Source of the DNA: Chloroflexota bacterium
GTDB lineage: Bacteria > Chloroflexota > Dehalococcoidia > Dehalococcoidales > UBA2162
DNA length: 64,000 nt
Reading direction: 5' to 3'
Assembly (NCBI GenBank): GCA_043812795.1
Contig: JBDRLU010000068.1
Coordinates: 6,208 to 70,207, forward strand
The notes below the pieces were generated by a model. That model ran no database searches and had not been told where the DNA came from. It was given only the letters and a program-made list of their open reading frames with translations. The stretch's first letter is position 1. Every line of letters begins with the position of its first letter. The position numbers and the translations under genes were made by a program. Positions 43,823-53,853 of this stretch are shown here, in pieces.

Positions 43823-43912
43823 ACCTCACCCCCTTAGTTCCCCTCTCCTGAAAGGCGAGGGGGGAAGATTGATTAAAGGAAGGGGGCTTCGCCCCCTTCC
43901 TTTAAAATTGTT
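43823..43912. repeat. Mosaic intergenic element (modules 1 and 2, truncated 3)
   Basis: ACCTCACCCCC..CCCCTCTCCTGAAAGGCGAGGGGGG, then GGAAGGGGGC-TTC-GCCCCCTTCC, then TTTAAAATTGT. Confidence 0.65.
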
Positions 43913-44014
43913 TCTCCTTTTCCAGGGAAGGTAAGGGATTTACTCGGACAAAAGGGTGGCGGGTTGTGTTGAAAGGGTGGATTTGATATGATGATGCACC
44001 GCAAGGAGGCAACC

Positions 44015-44782
44015 GTGGCATTTCAGACCATTATTCAAGACCGGCAGGGCGGGGTGGGGATTATTATTCTTAACCGTCCGGAAAAGCTTAATGCCCTGAC
44101 CGCCGGTTTGACCCTGGAATTAGACCAGTGTATTACTCAATTCGAAGCCGATGATTCGGTGAAAGCTATCGTGATTACCGCCGCCGGTGACCGGGCTTTC
44201 TCGTCCGGGTTCGATATTCACGAGATGAGCCATGAATCCGACGCTGACTTTAACGAGCGATTTGCTCTCAACGTCGAGCAATACTGGCACCTGGCCGTGT
44301 GCCATAAACCTACCATCGGCGCCGTCAACGGTCTGGCCTATGGTGCCGGTGCCCTGTTATCGTCCATACTGGACATCCGCATCGGTTGCGAGCGTACCAG
44401 TTTCCGCTTCCTGGGTGCTGCTTACGGCCGGATTAACTCCACCTGGACTTTACCCTTAATTGTTGGTTTACCTATAGCAAAGGAACTCTTGTTCACGGGC
44501 CGGACGGTCGACGCCGAAGAAGCCTTGCGGGTTGGCCTGCTGAACAAACTGGTACCTTCCGCCGAGCTTCTGAAAACCGCCATTGATATGGGGCAGTCCA
44601 TCGCTGCGAATAACGCCAAGGCCGTCCAGGAAATCAAGGGAATACTTAGCCGGGATGTAGGCATGTCATTGCGTGAGATGCTTCTTAACGAGGCACAGAC
44701 GATAACACAGAACATGCCGGTCCTTCCCCCGACGGAGAGGTTCAAGGGTTTCCTCGACCGCAAGCCAAACGCCCCACAGTGA
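44015..44782 (+). CDS. Enoyl-CoA hydratase/isomerase (crotonase) family protein
   Basis: I chose the GTG after AAGGAGG. It has IIILNRPEKLNAL, ITAAGDRAFSSGFDI and AVNGLAYGAGA. Confidence 0.8.
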   Translation: MAFQTIIQDRQGGVGIIILNRPEKLNALTAGLTLELDQCITQFEADDSVKAIVITAAGDRAFSSGFDIHEMSHESDADFNERFALNVEQYWHLAVCHKPTIGAVNGLAYGAGALLSSILDIRIGCERTSFRFLGAAYGRINSTWTLPLIVGLPIAKELLFTGRTVDAEEALRVGLLNKLVPSAELLKTAIDMGQSIAANNAKAVQEIKGILSRDVGMSLREMLLNEAQTITQNMPVLPPTERFKGFLDRKPNAPQ

Positions 44783-44875
44783 CCCCCTACTTCGTGTTCG
44801 ACCACCCGGAGAAGTGTCCGTCATGACAAAGGGACAAAGGGGGATTTCAAGTCCCTGCCGATAAGGCCGTCCTGA

Positions 44876-44973
44876 ATTGTCATTCTGGCGGAGGCCCTCG
44901 GGCTGAACTCGGGCTGAAGCCAGAATCCAGAAAGAGAACGACTTACCGGATTCCAGCTTTCGCTGGAATGACA
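44876..44973. repeat. Inverted pair of module-3 hairpins
   Basis: ATTGTCATTCTGGC...GCCAGAATCC lies at 44876-44927. GGATTCCAGCTTTCGCTGGAATGACA at 44948-44973 is the exact reverse complement of 30865-30890. Confidence 0.75.
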
Positions 44974-44982
44974 CAGAACTAT

Positions 44983-45007
44983 GGCTGATAGCTGTTAGCT
45001 GACAGCT
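44983..45007. repeat. AGCTGAY heptamer array
   Basis: ggctgat agctgtt agctgac agct lies immediately after the porB stop. Confidence 0.6.
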
Positions 45008-45008
45008 T

Positions 45009-45935
45009 CTACGGGCAGGCGGCTTTTTGCTCCAGCTTGGCGTATTCTTGGTCCACCCGCTCCTGAATCTGTTTGATCTCACCTTCGGAAAGATGGCGGA
45101 ACCGTCCCTGCAACTTCAGGTAATCTTCTACCGGACGCGGTTTGGCCGCCCCACGGCCTAATTTGTACCGGCCGTTTTCGACTTCATAAAGCGGGAACAT
45201 GCGCGTCGTCACGGCTAACCGGCCGAGTTTAATGCTTAATTCGGTAGGGAATCTCCAGCCGGTGGGGCAGGGCGAAATGATATGGATGTAGGCCGGACCG
45301 TTAATGGCGGCGGCTTTGGCGACTTTGTCCATCAGGTCGAAGGGGTAGCCTGGGGAAGCGGTGGCAACGTAGGGGATATCATGGGCGGCGGCAATCGCCG
45401 GCATATTTTTCTTCCAGGTCACCTGGCCGATGCTTTTCTTACCAGCCGGGGCGGTGGTCGTTGACGCACCGTAAGGAGTGGCCGAAGACCGCTGGATGCC
45501 GGTATTCATGTAGGCTTCGTTATCGAAGCAGAGGTAAACGAAGTTGTGTCCCCTCTCCAGAGCGCCAGAAAGCGCCTGCAGGCCGATATCGCTGGTGCCG
45601 CCGTCACCGGCCATGGCCACGATGGTAGTATGCTTTTCCGGGCGCATGCCTTTTCTCACCCGCACCTTCAGACCGGCTTCGACGCCGGAAGCGACCGCCG
45701 CCGCATTCTCAAACAGGGCATGAATCCAGGGTACCCGCCATGACGTCCACGGGAGCTGCGACGAGACGACTTCCATGCAACCGGTGGCATTAGCCACGAT
45801 GACGTTCTCGCCGAGGGCTTTGGCGGCCAGCCTGACGGCCAGCGCTTCACCGCAGCCGACGCAGGCACGGTGGCCCGCCGCAAAATATTCTTCCTTGGTT
45901 ACCTGCCGTTGACCGAACTTAACATAGTTTGCCAT
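45009..45935 (-). CDS. porB: Pyruvate-type 2-oxoacid:ferredoxin oxidoreductase beta subunit
   Basis: 308 aa. It has [14 protein letters not shown] and the TPP motif GDGGTSDIG. Confidence 0.85.
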   Translation of the reverse strand: MANYVKFGQRQVTKEEYFAAGHRACVGCGEALAVRLAAKALGENVIVANATGCMEVVSSQLPWTSWRVPWIHALFENAAAVASGVEAGLKVRVRKGMRPEKHTTIVAMAGDGGTSDIGLQALSGALERGHNFVYLCFDNEAYMNTGIQRSSATPYGASTTTAPAGKKSIGQVTWKKNMPAIAAAHDIPYVATASPGYPFDLMDKVAKAAAINGPAYIHIISPCPTGWRFPTELSIKLGRLAVTTRMFPLYEVENGRYKLGRGAAKPRPVEDYLKLQGRFRHLSEGEIKQIQERVDQEYAKLEQKAACP

Positions 45936-47110
45936 TATTCTCTCACCCCGAACATTTCGAATTCTTGTTCACTGCCCTTGCGAGCGATAGCGGTCCCCTG
46001 CTTGATTATCTCTTCGAAGCCGGCGACGGAAATATCTCTCCCGCCGAGGCCGCCGACAAAACTGACTACCTTGGGTTTCTTCCTCTCGCCGTACAGTGCC
46101 GACTTCACTTCCGAGCAGACCGGTCCGGGCGGGCCACCCATCGAAAGTGCCCGGTCAAGGACGATAAGCGTCTCAGCACCCTGGACAGCCTGACGGAATT
46201 CGGCAAAGGGGAAAGGCCGCCACAGGCGTAGTCTAATCAGCCCGACGCTCTTGCCGGCGGCTCTCATCTTATCAATGGTATCCATGGCCGTCTCGCTGTA
46301 GCTACCCATCGTCAGCAGCAGGGTGCGGGTGTCATCGGCGTGATAGCTTTCGACCGGATGGTAATGGCGGCCGAACATCTTAGCAAACTTATCCCAGCAT
46401 TCGAGAATAGTGCTTTTAGCGGCAACCAGGTTGGCCTGCTGCGCCTGCTTGGTCTCGGTGTAAAGGCTGGGTGGGGCAAAAGCGCCCATCGTCACCGGTT
46501 CCTGCGGGTCGAGGGGAAAGGGGAGGTGGAGGGGAGGCAGAAATTGCCGCACTTTGCTCTCCTCCGGAAATTCGATAGGCTCGATGACGTGGGTCAGGTG
46601 AAATCCGTCCAGATGGACCATCACCGGCAGCAAGACGCGGGGGTCTTCGGCGATGCGAAAAGCACACAGCGTATTATCCACGACTTCCTGTCCATTTTCG
46701 ACGAATATCTGAATCCAGCCGGTATCGCGGACAGCCATCGCATCGGAGTGGTCGCCCCAGATACTTAACGGGGCGGATAAGGCCCGGTTAGCGACGGCCA
46801 TCACAATCGGCAGCCGCATCGCTGAAGCCACATATAATACCTCGTGCATCAGCTCCAGACCCTGGCTGGCAGTAGCGGTAAAGGCCCGAGCTCCCACCGC
46901 CGCGGCGCCCACGCAGGTGCTCATCGCCGAGTGCTCGGATTCGACCGGAACGTAGGCGGCATCTAACTCGCCGTTAGCGACCAGTTCCGCCAGTTGTTCT
47001 ACGATATGGGTCTGCGGCGTGATGGGATAAGCGGCGATGACATCGGCGTTGGCCATCTTCACGGCTTCGCCGAGGGCCTGGGAGACTTCGATACCTATCT
47101 TCTTGGCCAT
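45935..47110 (-). CDS. porA: Pyruvate-type 2-oxoacid:ferredoxin oxidoreductase alpha subunit
   Basis: The start ATG is in an ATGA overlap with the porD stop, so the long ORF start at 47173 was rejected. It has [13 protein letters not shown] and ESEHSAMS. Confidence 0.85.
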   Translation of the reverse strand: MAKKIGIEVSQALGEAVKMANADVIAAYPITPQTHIVEQLAELVANGELDAAYVPVESEHSAMSTCVGAAAVGARAFTATASQGLELMHEVLYVASAMRLPIVMAVANRALSAPLSIWGDHSDAMAVRDTGWIQIFVENGQEVVDNTLCAFRIAEDPRVLLPVMVHLDGFHLTHVIEPIEFPEESKVRQFLPPLHLPFPLDPQEPVTMGAFAPPSLYTETKQAQQANLVAAKSTILECWDKFAKMFGRHYHPVESYHADDTRTLLLTMGSYSETAMDTIDKMRAAGKSVGLIRLRLWRPFPFAEFRQAVQGAETLIVLDRALSMGGPPGPVCSEVKSALYGERKKPKVVSFVGGLGGRDISVAGFEEIIKQGTAIARKGSEQEFEMFGVRE

Positions 47111-47421
47111 CACTCTTCCTCCGGTTCCATCTTTATTGCTTTTTTCGGACATTCGGCGGAGCAGATACCACACCCTTTGCAGTAGAACATATTAGCCACG
47201 AAATAGCCGTCTTCCTCCTCGGCAATACATCCTTCGGGACAATAGATATAGCACAGTCCGCATTTATTGCATTTGCTCTTATTGAGAATCGGCTTTTGCG
47301 AGCGCCAGCTACCCGTCTGGTATTGGCTGGCACTGCCCGGCTCAGCCACGATGGAACCGACCTCTAAATCTTTCCAGGTTACGTCCGTTTCGTTCTTAAC
47401 CAACTTTTTGCTTTTCGCCAA
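47110..47421 (-). CDS. porD: 2-oxoacid:ferredoxin oxidoreductase delta (2x[4Fe-4S]) subunit
   Basis: 103 aa with CNKCGLCYIYCP and CKGCGICSAECP. Confidence 0.85.
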   Translation of the reverse strand: MAKSKKLVKNETDVTWKDLEVGSIVAEPGSASQYQTGSWRSQKPILNKSKCNKCGLCYIYCPEGCIAEEEDGYFVANMFYCKGCGICSAECPKKAIKMEPEEE

Positions 47422-47995
47422 CTTTCTGCTCCTTCATCGCCGTCTCCCGGAAAGCCCTTTTCATGGCGCCGCTGTTTCTCTCGGCCATGCGGCCGAAGCG
47501 TTCCTCCAAAGGCTCCAGCAAAGACTCTAATTTCACTACTCCGGTAGCTTTGACCAAAGCTCCGAGCATGGTGGTATTGACAATCGGGACGCCCAGCAGT
47601 TCGCGGGCGATGCTGGTGGCATCGATGGCGGCGATTTGCCATTTATTGCCCAGTTCAGCGGCCATGTCCGCTATCGGGTTCCTGGTGTTGATAATGAAAA
47701 CACCTTTTTTCTTTAGCCCGGCCGTTACGTCGACCACCTTCAGCAGGCTGGGGTCGAGCACCACCACGACGTCAGGTTCTTTGACTTCAGCTCTTATCCT
47801 GATGGGGTGGCTATCGCTGATTCTGGTGAAAGCCTGGACGGGAGCGCCTCTCCGCTCCGGCCCGAAGCTGGGGAAGGCCTGGGCATACTTGCCTTCGCTG
47901 ATGGCGGCTTTGGCCAGCAGCTCGGCGGAGGTAACCGTACCCTGTCCGCCTCGCCCGTGCCATCTGATTTCAATAAGCTCGATTATTTTCTTCAT
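47396..47995 (-). CDS. porG: 2-oxoacid:ferredoxin oxidoreductase gamma subunit
   Basis: 199 aa. It has IRWHGRGGQGTVT...FPSFGPERRGAPV. Confidence 0.85.
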   Translation of the reverse strand: MKKIIELIEIRWHGRGGQGTVTSAELLAKAAISEGKYAQAFPSFGPERRGAPVQAFTRISDSHPIRIRAEVKEPDVVVVLDPSLLKVVDVTAGLKKKGVFIINTRNPIADMAAELGNKWQIAAIDATSIARELLGVPIVNTTMLGALVKATGVVKLESLLEPLEERFGRMAERNSGAMKRAFRETAMKEQKVGEKQKVG

Positions 47996-48055
47996 TTTTT
48001 CTCACCGTTGAACAGGATACAGGTTCTCCTTTCTTTTTATTGCCAAATAAGAAAA

Positions 48056-48128
48056 TGCCCCTGGAGAGACTCGAACTCTCGCGACCGGCTCCGGAGGCCG
48101 GTGCTCTATCCACCTGAGCTACAGGGGC
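48056..48128 (-). tRNA. tRNA-Arg (anticodon CCG)
   Basis: The reverse complement is GCCCCTG-TA-GCTC..GAGC-A-CCGGC-CTCCGGA-GCCGG-..GAGAG-TTCGAGT-CTCTC-CAGGGGC-A. Confidence 0.9.
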
Positions 48129-48342
48129 ATACTATATTAATGATAGCTCATAACCCTGAGTGAAGTAAATAAAGAAGAATTATAAACCAACCTTTGGCTC
48201 GGATGCAAAGCGCCCGCAGATTAAATAACGATAACGGTTTTGTCCTATCAGGTAGTCCGGGTTACAAAAAAGTTACAAAAGAGAAGGAGGCCGCCCCTCT
48301 TTCCATTTTCCCGGTATTTACGTTACAATGTGAAAGCGCCGA

Positions 48343-48427
48343 GGAGAGGTGACCGAGTGGTTCATGGTGCCGCTCTCGAAAAGCGGTCTTCCGAAAGGGA
48401 GCGTGGGTTCGAATCCCACCCTCTCCG
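48343..48427 (+). tRNA. tRNA-Ser (anticodon CGA)
   Basis: Acceptor GGAGAGG/CCTCTCC, anticodon arm CCGCT-CTCGAAA-AGCGG, a long variable arm, T arm GTGGG-TTCGAAT-CCCAC, discriminator G. Confidence 0.9.
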
Positions 48428-48494
48428 TTTACCTTGAGCGAGAGAAGCGAGTCGAAAGGTTTACCTTGAGCGAGAGTCGAAGGGCTTACCCTGA
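48427..48494 (+). repeat. Direct repeat (about 2.5 x 32 nt) abutting the tRNA-Ser 3' end
   Basis: GTTTACCTTGAGCGAGAG occurs at 48427-48444 and 48459-48476, followed by a partial GCTTACCCTGA copy. Confidence 0.6.
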
Positions 48495-48497
48495 AAA

Positions 48498-48866
48498 ATG
48501 GATAGTGAGAATCGGAACGGCAAGCCGGCCCAAGATTGGTTTTTCTATATTGTCAGGTGTAGGGATAAATCTCTTTATTGTGGTATTACTAATAATCTTG
48601 AAGACAGGTTAAAAGAACACAATAATGGGACCGGGGCTAAATTTACTCGTTCTCGAAGACCTGTGACTATGGTATATAATGAAAAATACAATAACATTTC
48701 AGAGGCAAGGAAACGAGAAGCGCAGATTAAGAGCTGGTCGAAGGCCAAAAAGGAGGACCTGATTACTGGTTTTCCTCGACTACGCCGGAATAAATTCCTC
48801 GGCTCGCTCGGAATAAACGAATCCTGCCCCTTCGACCATCGTTACAAAATTGTTACAATTGAATAA
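48498..48866 (+). CDS. GIY-YIG nuclease superfamily protein (UPF0213/YhbQ-like)
   Basis: WFFYIVRCRDKSLYCGITNNLEDRLKEHNNG...REAQIKSW is the GIY-YIG core. The last ~35 codons run through degenerate repeat DNA, so the true C-terminus is uncertain. Confidence 0.7.
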   Translation: MDSENRNGKPAQDWFFYIVRCRDKSLYCGITNNLEDRLKEHNNGTGAKFTRSRRPVTMVYNEKYNNISEARKREAQIKSWSKAKKEDLITGFPRLRRNKFLGSLGINESCPFDHRYKIVTIE

Positions 48867-48883
48867 AGCCTAGTAACCAACTT

Positions 48884-48972
<89 letters not shown>

Positions 48973-49088
48973 GCTTTACTTCTGGCCTGCTGTCAGAGTA
49001 GCGGCGAAAATTGACAGATGACTCATTGGGATTTACAATTTCATCTTGTCCGCTGCTTTTTTCTGGAATTAACCGCAGGAGGCACGAA

Positions 49089-50354
49089 TTGCAAAAGAGG
49101 AGGAAATTAGCGCGTGGGGTGGCGGTGGTCGGCGCCGGGATGTCTAAGTTCGGCGTGTACAAGGACAAGGACTCCAAGGACGTTTTTGCTGAAGCCTTCA
49201 ATGAAATGCTCGCTTCCGTGGACAAAGGGGTTGACCCTAAGGATATTGACGCCCTTTACATCGGGAATTTCACCAACGACTTTTTTGTGCACCAGGCACA
49301 CTGGGGCCCGATTATTTCCGATTTAATCGGCCATACGCCTAAACCGTCCACACGGACGGAAGGGGCCTGCGCTTCCAGTGCCCTCGCTTTCCGTGAAGGC
49401 GTCTTCGCCATAGCGTCCGGCTTCTATGATATGGTGCTGGTGGGCGGGGTCGAGGATATGTCCAAACGTACCACCGAAGAAGTTACCGAAGGTTTAGCCA
49501 GCGCTTGCACTATCTATGAGAGAGATGCCGGTATCACCTTTCCCGGCGTTTTCGGTGCGGTGGCTACAGCCTACTTCGCCCGGTACGGTGCCACGCGCGA
49601 AGACCTCTTTAATATCACCATCAAGAGCCATAATAATGCCGTGCTTAACCCCAAGGCCCAGTTCAATGCCTCCATTCGGGATATCATGAAGTCGAGAATC
49701 GCCCGCTGCCAGCAGCGAGGCGAGCCGGTCCCTAACTGGGCTGATGAGAAGGCGTTCCTCCGCGACCCGGCGGTCAATCCGGCGGTGGCCTGGCCGATGC
49801 ACCTTTACGATTGCTGTCCCATCAGCGACGGTGCCACCTGTATGTTCTTGGTTGCCGAGTCGATAGCGAAAAACTTTACCGATAAGCCGTTGTACGTGGC
49901 CGGTATCGGGCAGGGTAGCGGCCGGGCGATGCATGCTTCGGATGCTCTCACTTATTTCGAAGCCACCCGCTATGCGGCGCAGGAAGCCTATGCCATGTCC
50001 GGACTCAAGCCGGAAGATATCCAGTTCTCCGAAGTGCACGATTGCTTCTCTATCGCTGAGCTGCTTCACATCGAAGACCTTGGCTTTTTCAAACCGGGAG
50101 AGGGTTATAAAGCCGTGGCGGATGGTGCTACCAGACTGGACGGCCCGAAACCGATTAATACCTCCGGGGGACTGAAATGCAAAGGACATCCGGTCGGGGC
50201 TACCGGCGTCGGACAGCTTTACGAAGTCTGGAAACAGTTGCGTGGTGAGGCCGGCCAGCGGCAGGTACCTAATAAGAATTTGCGTATCGGTGCCGCCCAC
50301 AACCTGGGTGGGACCGGGGGCACCTGTACGTTTACTATCCTGGAAAGGAGATAA
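49089..50354 (+). CDS. Thiolase-superfamily protein (SCP-x/archaeal-type acetyl-CoA C-acyltransferase that pairs with DUF35)
   Basis: I chose the TTG after AGGAGG. It has VAVVGAGMSKFG, EGACASSALA (active-site Cys) and the C-terminal NTSGGLKCKGHPVGATG. Confidence 0.8.
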   Translation: MQKRRKLARGVAVVGAGMSKFGVYKDKDSKDVFAEAFNEMLASVDKGVDPKDIDALYIGNFTNDFFVHQAHWGPIISDLIGHTPKPSTRTEGACASSALAFREGVFAIASGFYDMVLVGGVEDMSKRTTEEVTEGLASACTIYERDAGITFPGVFGAVATAYFARYGATREDLFNITIKSHNNAVLNPKAQFNASIRDIMKSRIARCQQRGEPVPNWADEKAFLRDPAVNPAVAWPMHLYDCCPISDGATCMFLVAESIAKNFTDKPLYVAGIGQGSGRAMHASDALTYFEATRYAAQEAYAMSGLKPEDIQFSEVHDCFSIAELLHIEDLGFFKPGEGYKAVADGATRLDGPKPINTSGGLKCKGHPVGATGVGQLYEVWKQLRGEAGQRQVPNKNLRIGAAHNLGGTGGTCTFTILERR

Positions 50355-50356
50355 GG

Positions 50357-50773
50357 ATGGAGTCGAGACCTTTTAGCGATACTTCTTATCAGCAATTCCT
50401 TAATGAAGAAAAATTGATGGGCTCAAAATGCCAGAAATGCGGTGCCCTCTACGCGCCGCCCCGCTCCATCTGCCCCAAGTGTTATGGTACTGCTATGGGA
50501 TGGGTGGAACTGAAAGGTAAGGGCAAGCTAGCTGCTTTTACCTCAATCACTGTGGGCACTCCGGCCATGGTGAAGGAAGGCTACGACCGCAAGCATCCCT
50601 ATATCTCCGCCGCCGTGGAGTTGGATGAAGGGCCGCGGGTGATGGCCCGCCTCGAAGATGTCGATGGCACCAAGCCGGAAGCCATAAAGGTGGGGACACC
50701 CCTGAAGGTAAAATACCTTCACCACGGTGAAGGTGAAAACCAGAAAACATTCTTGGGTTTCACACCGGAGTAA
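50357..50773 (+). CDS. DUF35 Zn-ribbon/OB-fold protein (thiolase partner)
   Basis: 138 aa. It has CQKCGALYAPPRSICPKC and then OB-fold-like beta segments, and starts 2 nt after the thiolase stop. Confidence 0.8.
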   Translation: MESRPFSDTSYQQFLNEEKLMGSKCQKCGALYAPPRSICPKCYGTAMGWVELKGKGKLAAFTSITVGTPAMVKEGYDRKHPYISAAVELDEGPRVMARLEDVDGTKPEAIKVGTPLKVKYLHHGEGENQKTFLGFTPE

Positions 50774-50839
50774 GACCCGTTCTAAACGCACAACCGGAAT
50801 CATTCGCGGCTGTTGGTAAATAATCTGAAGGAGGTTATT

Positions 50840-51610
50840 GTGGCTATCGACTACACGAAAGAAGGTAGGGTTGCTATCTTCACCATCAACCGTCCCGAGG
50901 CGCTCAATTCCATGAATGTCCAGGCCATGCAGGAACTGCATGACGCAATGGTGGCTTTCCGTGATGACCCTGAAATGTGGGCCGGTATCGTCACCGGTGC
51001 TGGCGAGCGTGCGTTTTGTGCCGGGGCCGATATCAAAGACATGCTACCCTACTTGAAGGGAATCCGCGGCAAACCCTGGACTTTTCCGGCGACTCCGTTC
51101 CGCGGGTTGGAGCTTTACAAGCCGCTTATTGCTGCCATCAATGGCATGGCGCTCGGCGGCGGTCTGGAAATCGCTTTATCGTGCGACCTGCGGATAGCTT
51201 CGGAAACCGCCCGCTTCGGCAATCCGGAACCGAATCTGGGACTGATACCGGGCTGGGGAGCGACGCAGCGGCTGCCGCGAGTTATCCCCTGGGCGAAAGC
51301 CGCCGAGATATTACTGCTGGCAAAACCAATCGATGCTCAGGAAGCCTACCGCATCGGTCTGGTGAATAAGATTGTTCCCCCCGACCAGGTAATGACAGCA
51401 GCCAAAGAGTGGGCCAATACCATCTGCCAGCTTGCTCCGCTGGCCGTGAGAGCAGCGAAAGAGGCGATGCTCAGGGGCTACAGTATGCCTCTCGAAGATG
51501 GTCTGAAGCTGGAAAGCGCTTTATTCGATTACCTTTTGGGTACTGAGGACCATGCCGAGGGTTCGGCGGCTTTTGTCGAGAAACGTAAGCCTGATTTCAA
51601 GGCGAAATAA
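50840..51610 (+). CDS. Enoyl-CoA hydratase (crotonase)
   Basis: GTG start after GGAGG. It has IFTINRPEALNSMN, TGAGERAFCAGADI, AINGMALGGGLE and GWGATQRLPR. Confidence 0.8.
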   Translation: MAIDYTKEGRVAIFTINRPEALNSMNVQAMQELHDAMVAFRDDPEMWAGIVTGAGERAFCAGADIKDMLPYLKGIRGKPWTFPATPFRGLELYKPLIAAINGMALGGGLEIALSCDLRIASETARFGNPEPNLGLIPGWGATQRLPRVIPWAKAAEILLLAKPIDAQEAYRIGLVNKIVPPDQVMTAAKEWANTICQLAPLAVRAAKEAMLRGYSMPLEDGLKLESALFDYLLGTEDHAEGSAAFVEKRKPDFKAK

Positions 51611-51631
51611 TAACCGGAAAGGAGTTTGTTT

Positions 51632-52486
51632 ATGGAAATAAAAAAAGTTGGCGTTATTGGCTGCGGTACGATGGGTGGTGGAATCGCTCAGGTCTGTGCC
51701 CAGTCCGGCTATCAGGTAGTGGTCTCGGAGATTAACGAGACCCTGTTGAATAAAGGACTGGCGGCGATTAATACTTTCCTTACCCGGAGCGTTGAGCGCG
51801 GCCGGATGAAACAGGAGGAGAAAGATGCTACCATAAGCCACCTCAAGGGCACGACCAATATGCAGGACTTCAGCGACTGCGACCTGGTGATAGAGGTGGT
51901 TGTCGAAAATATGGACCTGAAGAAGAAGATATTTACCGAGCTGGATAAAATCTGCCCGAAAGAGGCTATCCTGGCCACCAATACTTCCTGCCTCTCGGTT
52001 ATTGATATGGCTACGGTGACCAAGAGACCGGATAAGGTGCTCGGCATTCATTTCTACAACCCGGTACCTTTAATGAAGCTCTGTGAAATAGTGAAAACAA
52101 TCGCTACCAGCGACGATACCCTTGAAACGGCCAAGAAGTTCGGCACGTCCGTCGGTAAGAGTATTGTCGTGGCGAAAGATGCGCCGGGCTTTATCGTCAA
52201 CCGCTTGATGATACCTTTTATCCTTAACGCCATCCGCATGCTGGACGCCGGCGTCGCCAGTAAAGAAGATATCGATACTGGTATCAATCTGGGACTGAAC
52301 CACCCCATGGGGCCGCTGACACTGACCGACCTTATCGGCTTGGATACATGCCACTTCATCGCCAATGCCATCTACGATGAGTTCAAAGACCCGCAGTACG
52401 CCTCACCGCCACTGCTGAAGAAAATGGTTACTGCTGGCTGGCTGGGACGTAAGACGGGCAAAGGCTTCTACGAGTATAATAAATAA
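51632..52486 (+). CDS. hbd: 3-hydroxyacyl/3-hydroxybutyryl-CoA dehydrogenase
   Basis: It has VGVIGCGTMGGGIAQV, TNTSCLS, HFYNPVPLMKL, GFIVNR and GRKTGKGFYEY. Confidence 0.85.
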   Translation: MEIKKVGVIGCGTMGGGIAQVCAQSGYQVVVSEINETLLNKGLAAINTFLTRSVERGRMKQEEKDATISHLKGTTNMQDFSDCDLVIEVVVENMDLKKKIFTELDKICPKEAILATNTSCLSVIDMATVTKRPDKVLGIHFYNPVPLMKLCEIVKTIATSDDTLETAKKFGTSVGKSIVVAKDAPGFIVNRLMIPFILNAIRMLDAGVASKEDIDTGINLGLNHPMGPLTLTDLIGLDTCHFIANAIYDEFKDPQYASPPLLKKMVTAGWLGRKTGKGFYEYNK

Positions 52487-52516
52487 TAGCGGCGACCCGA
52501 ACTAGAACAGAGTGTA

Positions 52517-52556
52517 ATTAGAGAGTCCCGAAACAATCGGGACTCTCTAATTTTCT
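52517..52556 (+). terminator. Intrinsic terminator after hbd
   Basis: A 15-bp perfect stem ATTAGAGAGTCCCGA/TCGGGACTCTCTAAT with loop AACAA, followed by TTTTCT. Confidence 0.8.
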
Positions 52557-52725
52557 CCTCCCTGCTTGGCATCGAACCCATCCTTCTCGTGAAGAATAGC
52601 CTCAAAATTACGATGAAGCTATTCTGGATATCGAATTTCGTCGGTATGGTAGATTCATTGTTGAGTAATCTCAACAGGCTCAAATTGTTTTCGGCTTGAC
52701 TACTATGCTAGAATGAGGTTTTGTC

Positions 52726-53847
52726 ATGGGTAAGGCAGATATTAAGTACCGCGTGGGTTTCAGCCTTGTTCCCGGGATTGGCCGGGTCAGGCTGTCCCAG
52801 CTTGAGAGTCATTTCGGTAACTTGGCGGATGCCTGGAAAGCTACTTCGGGTGAACTGAAACAATCAGGTCTGGATAGTGCTTCCGTGCGGGCCATCACTA
52901 CCTGGAGGCCTAAAATCGAGCTGGATGAAGAGATGGAAAAGCTCGACCGCTTTGGCGTGAAGGTATTTAGCTGCCACGACAAGGGCTATCCTGCCCGGCT
53001 CAAAGAAATCTATGACTACCCGCCGGTACTTTATATCAGAGGCTCGTTCTTACCTCAGGACGAATGGTGTGTTGCGGTAGTCGGTACCCGCCGGGCTACC
53101 GTCTATGGCCGGCAGGTAGCCGAGGAGATTGTGGCCGACCTGGTACGGAATAAAATCACTATCGTCAGCGGCCTGGCCAGAGGAATTGATTCTATAGCTC
53201 ACCGCAGTGCTCTGGAAGCAGGCGGCCGGACGATGGCCGTCTTTGCCAGCGGACTGGATACCGTTTATCCCGGTGAAAATGCGGAACTGGCGCGGCAGAT
53301 AATGCAACGCGGTGCTCTGGTCAGTGAATACCCTATCGGCACCCGCCCCCGACCGGACAACTTTCCCCGCCGCAACCGTATTATGAGCGGCCTGAGCCTG
53401 GGTGTCCTCGTAATCGAGGCCGGCGAAGACAGCGGCGCGATGATTACGGCCCATCTGGCATTGGAACAGAACCGCGAGGTCTTTGCTATTCCCGGCAGTA
53501 TTCTCTCTCCGGCCAGCCAGGGGACGAATAAACTTATCCAGGAAGGGGCCAAGTTGGTCCGTGATTACCGGGATATACTGGAAGAACTCAACCTTACCGC
53601 CGTCGCCCATCAGATTGAAATGAAGGAGCTTATCCCGGCGTCGGAGACGGAGTCCTTGCTGTTAAAGCAGTTGAGTGCCGAGCCGACTCATATCGATGAA
53701 GTCTGCCGCTCAAGCGGTCTGCCCGCCGCCACGGTCAGCAGCACTCTAGCCATGATGGAACTGAAAGGCCTGGTCAAGCAGGTGGGGGCGATGAATTACG
53801 TTCTGGCGCGGGAAGTGAGAGAAGCATACCGCGTAAAGGTAGAATAA
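52726..53847 (+). CDS. dprA: DNA-processing protein DprA (Smf)
   Basis: 373 aa. It has VVGTRRATVYG, IVSGLARGIDSIAH, VLGSG-type DTVYP and a C-terminal winged helix. Confidence 0.85.
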   Translation: MGKADIKYRVGFSLVPGIGRVRLSQLESHFGNLADAWKATSGELKQSGLDSASVRAITTWRPKIELDEEMEKLDRFGVKVFSCHDKGYPARLKEIYDYPPVLYIRGSFLPQDEWCVAVVGTRRATVYGRQVAEEIVADLVRNKITIVSGLARGIDSIAHRSALEAGGRTMAVFASGLDTVYPGENAELARQIMQRGALVSEYPIGTRPRPDNFPRRNRIMSGLSLGVLVIEAGEDSGAMITAHLALEQNREVFAIPGSILSPASQGTNKLIQEGAKLVRDYRDILEELNLTAVAHQIEMKELIPASETESLLLKQLSAEPTHIDEVCRSSGLPAATVSSTLAMMELKGLVKQVGAMNYVLAREVREAYRVKVE

Positions 53848-53853
53848 TCATAA

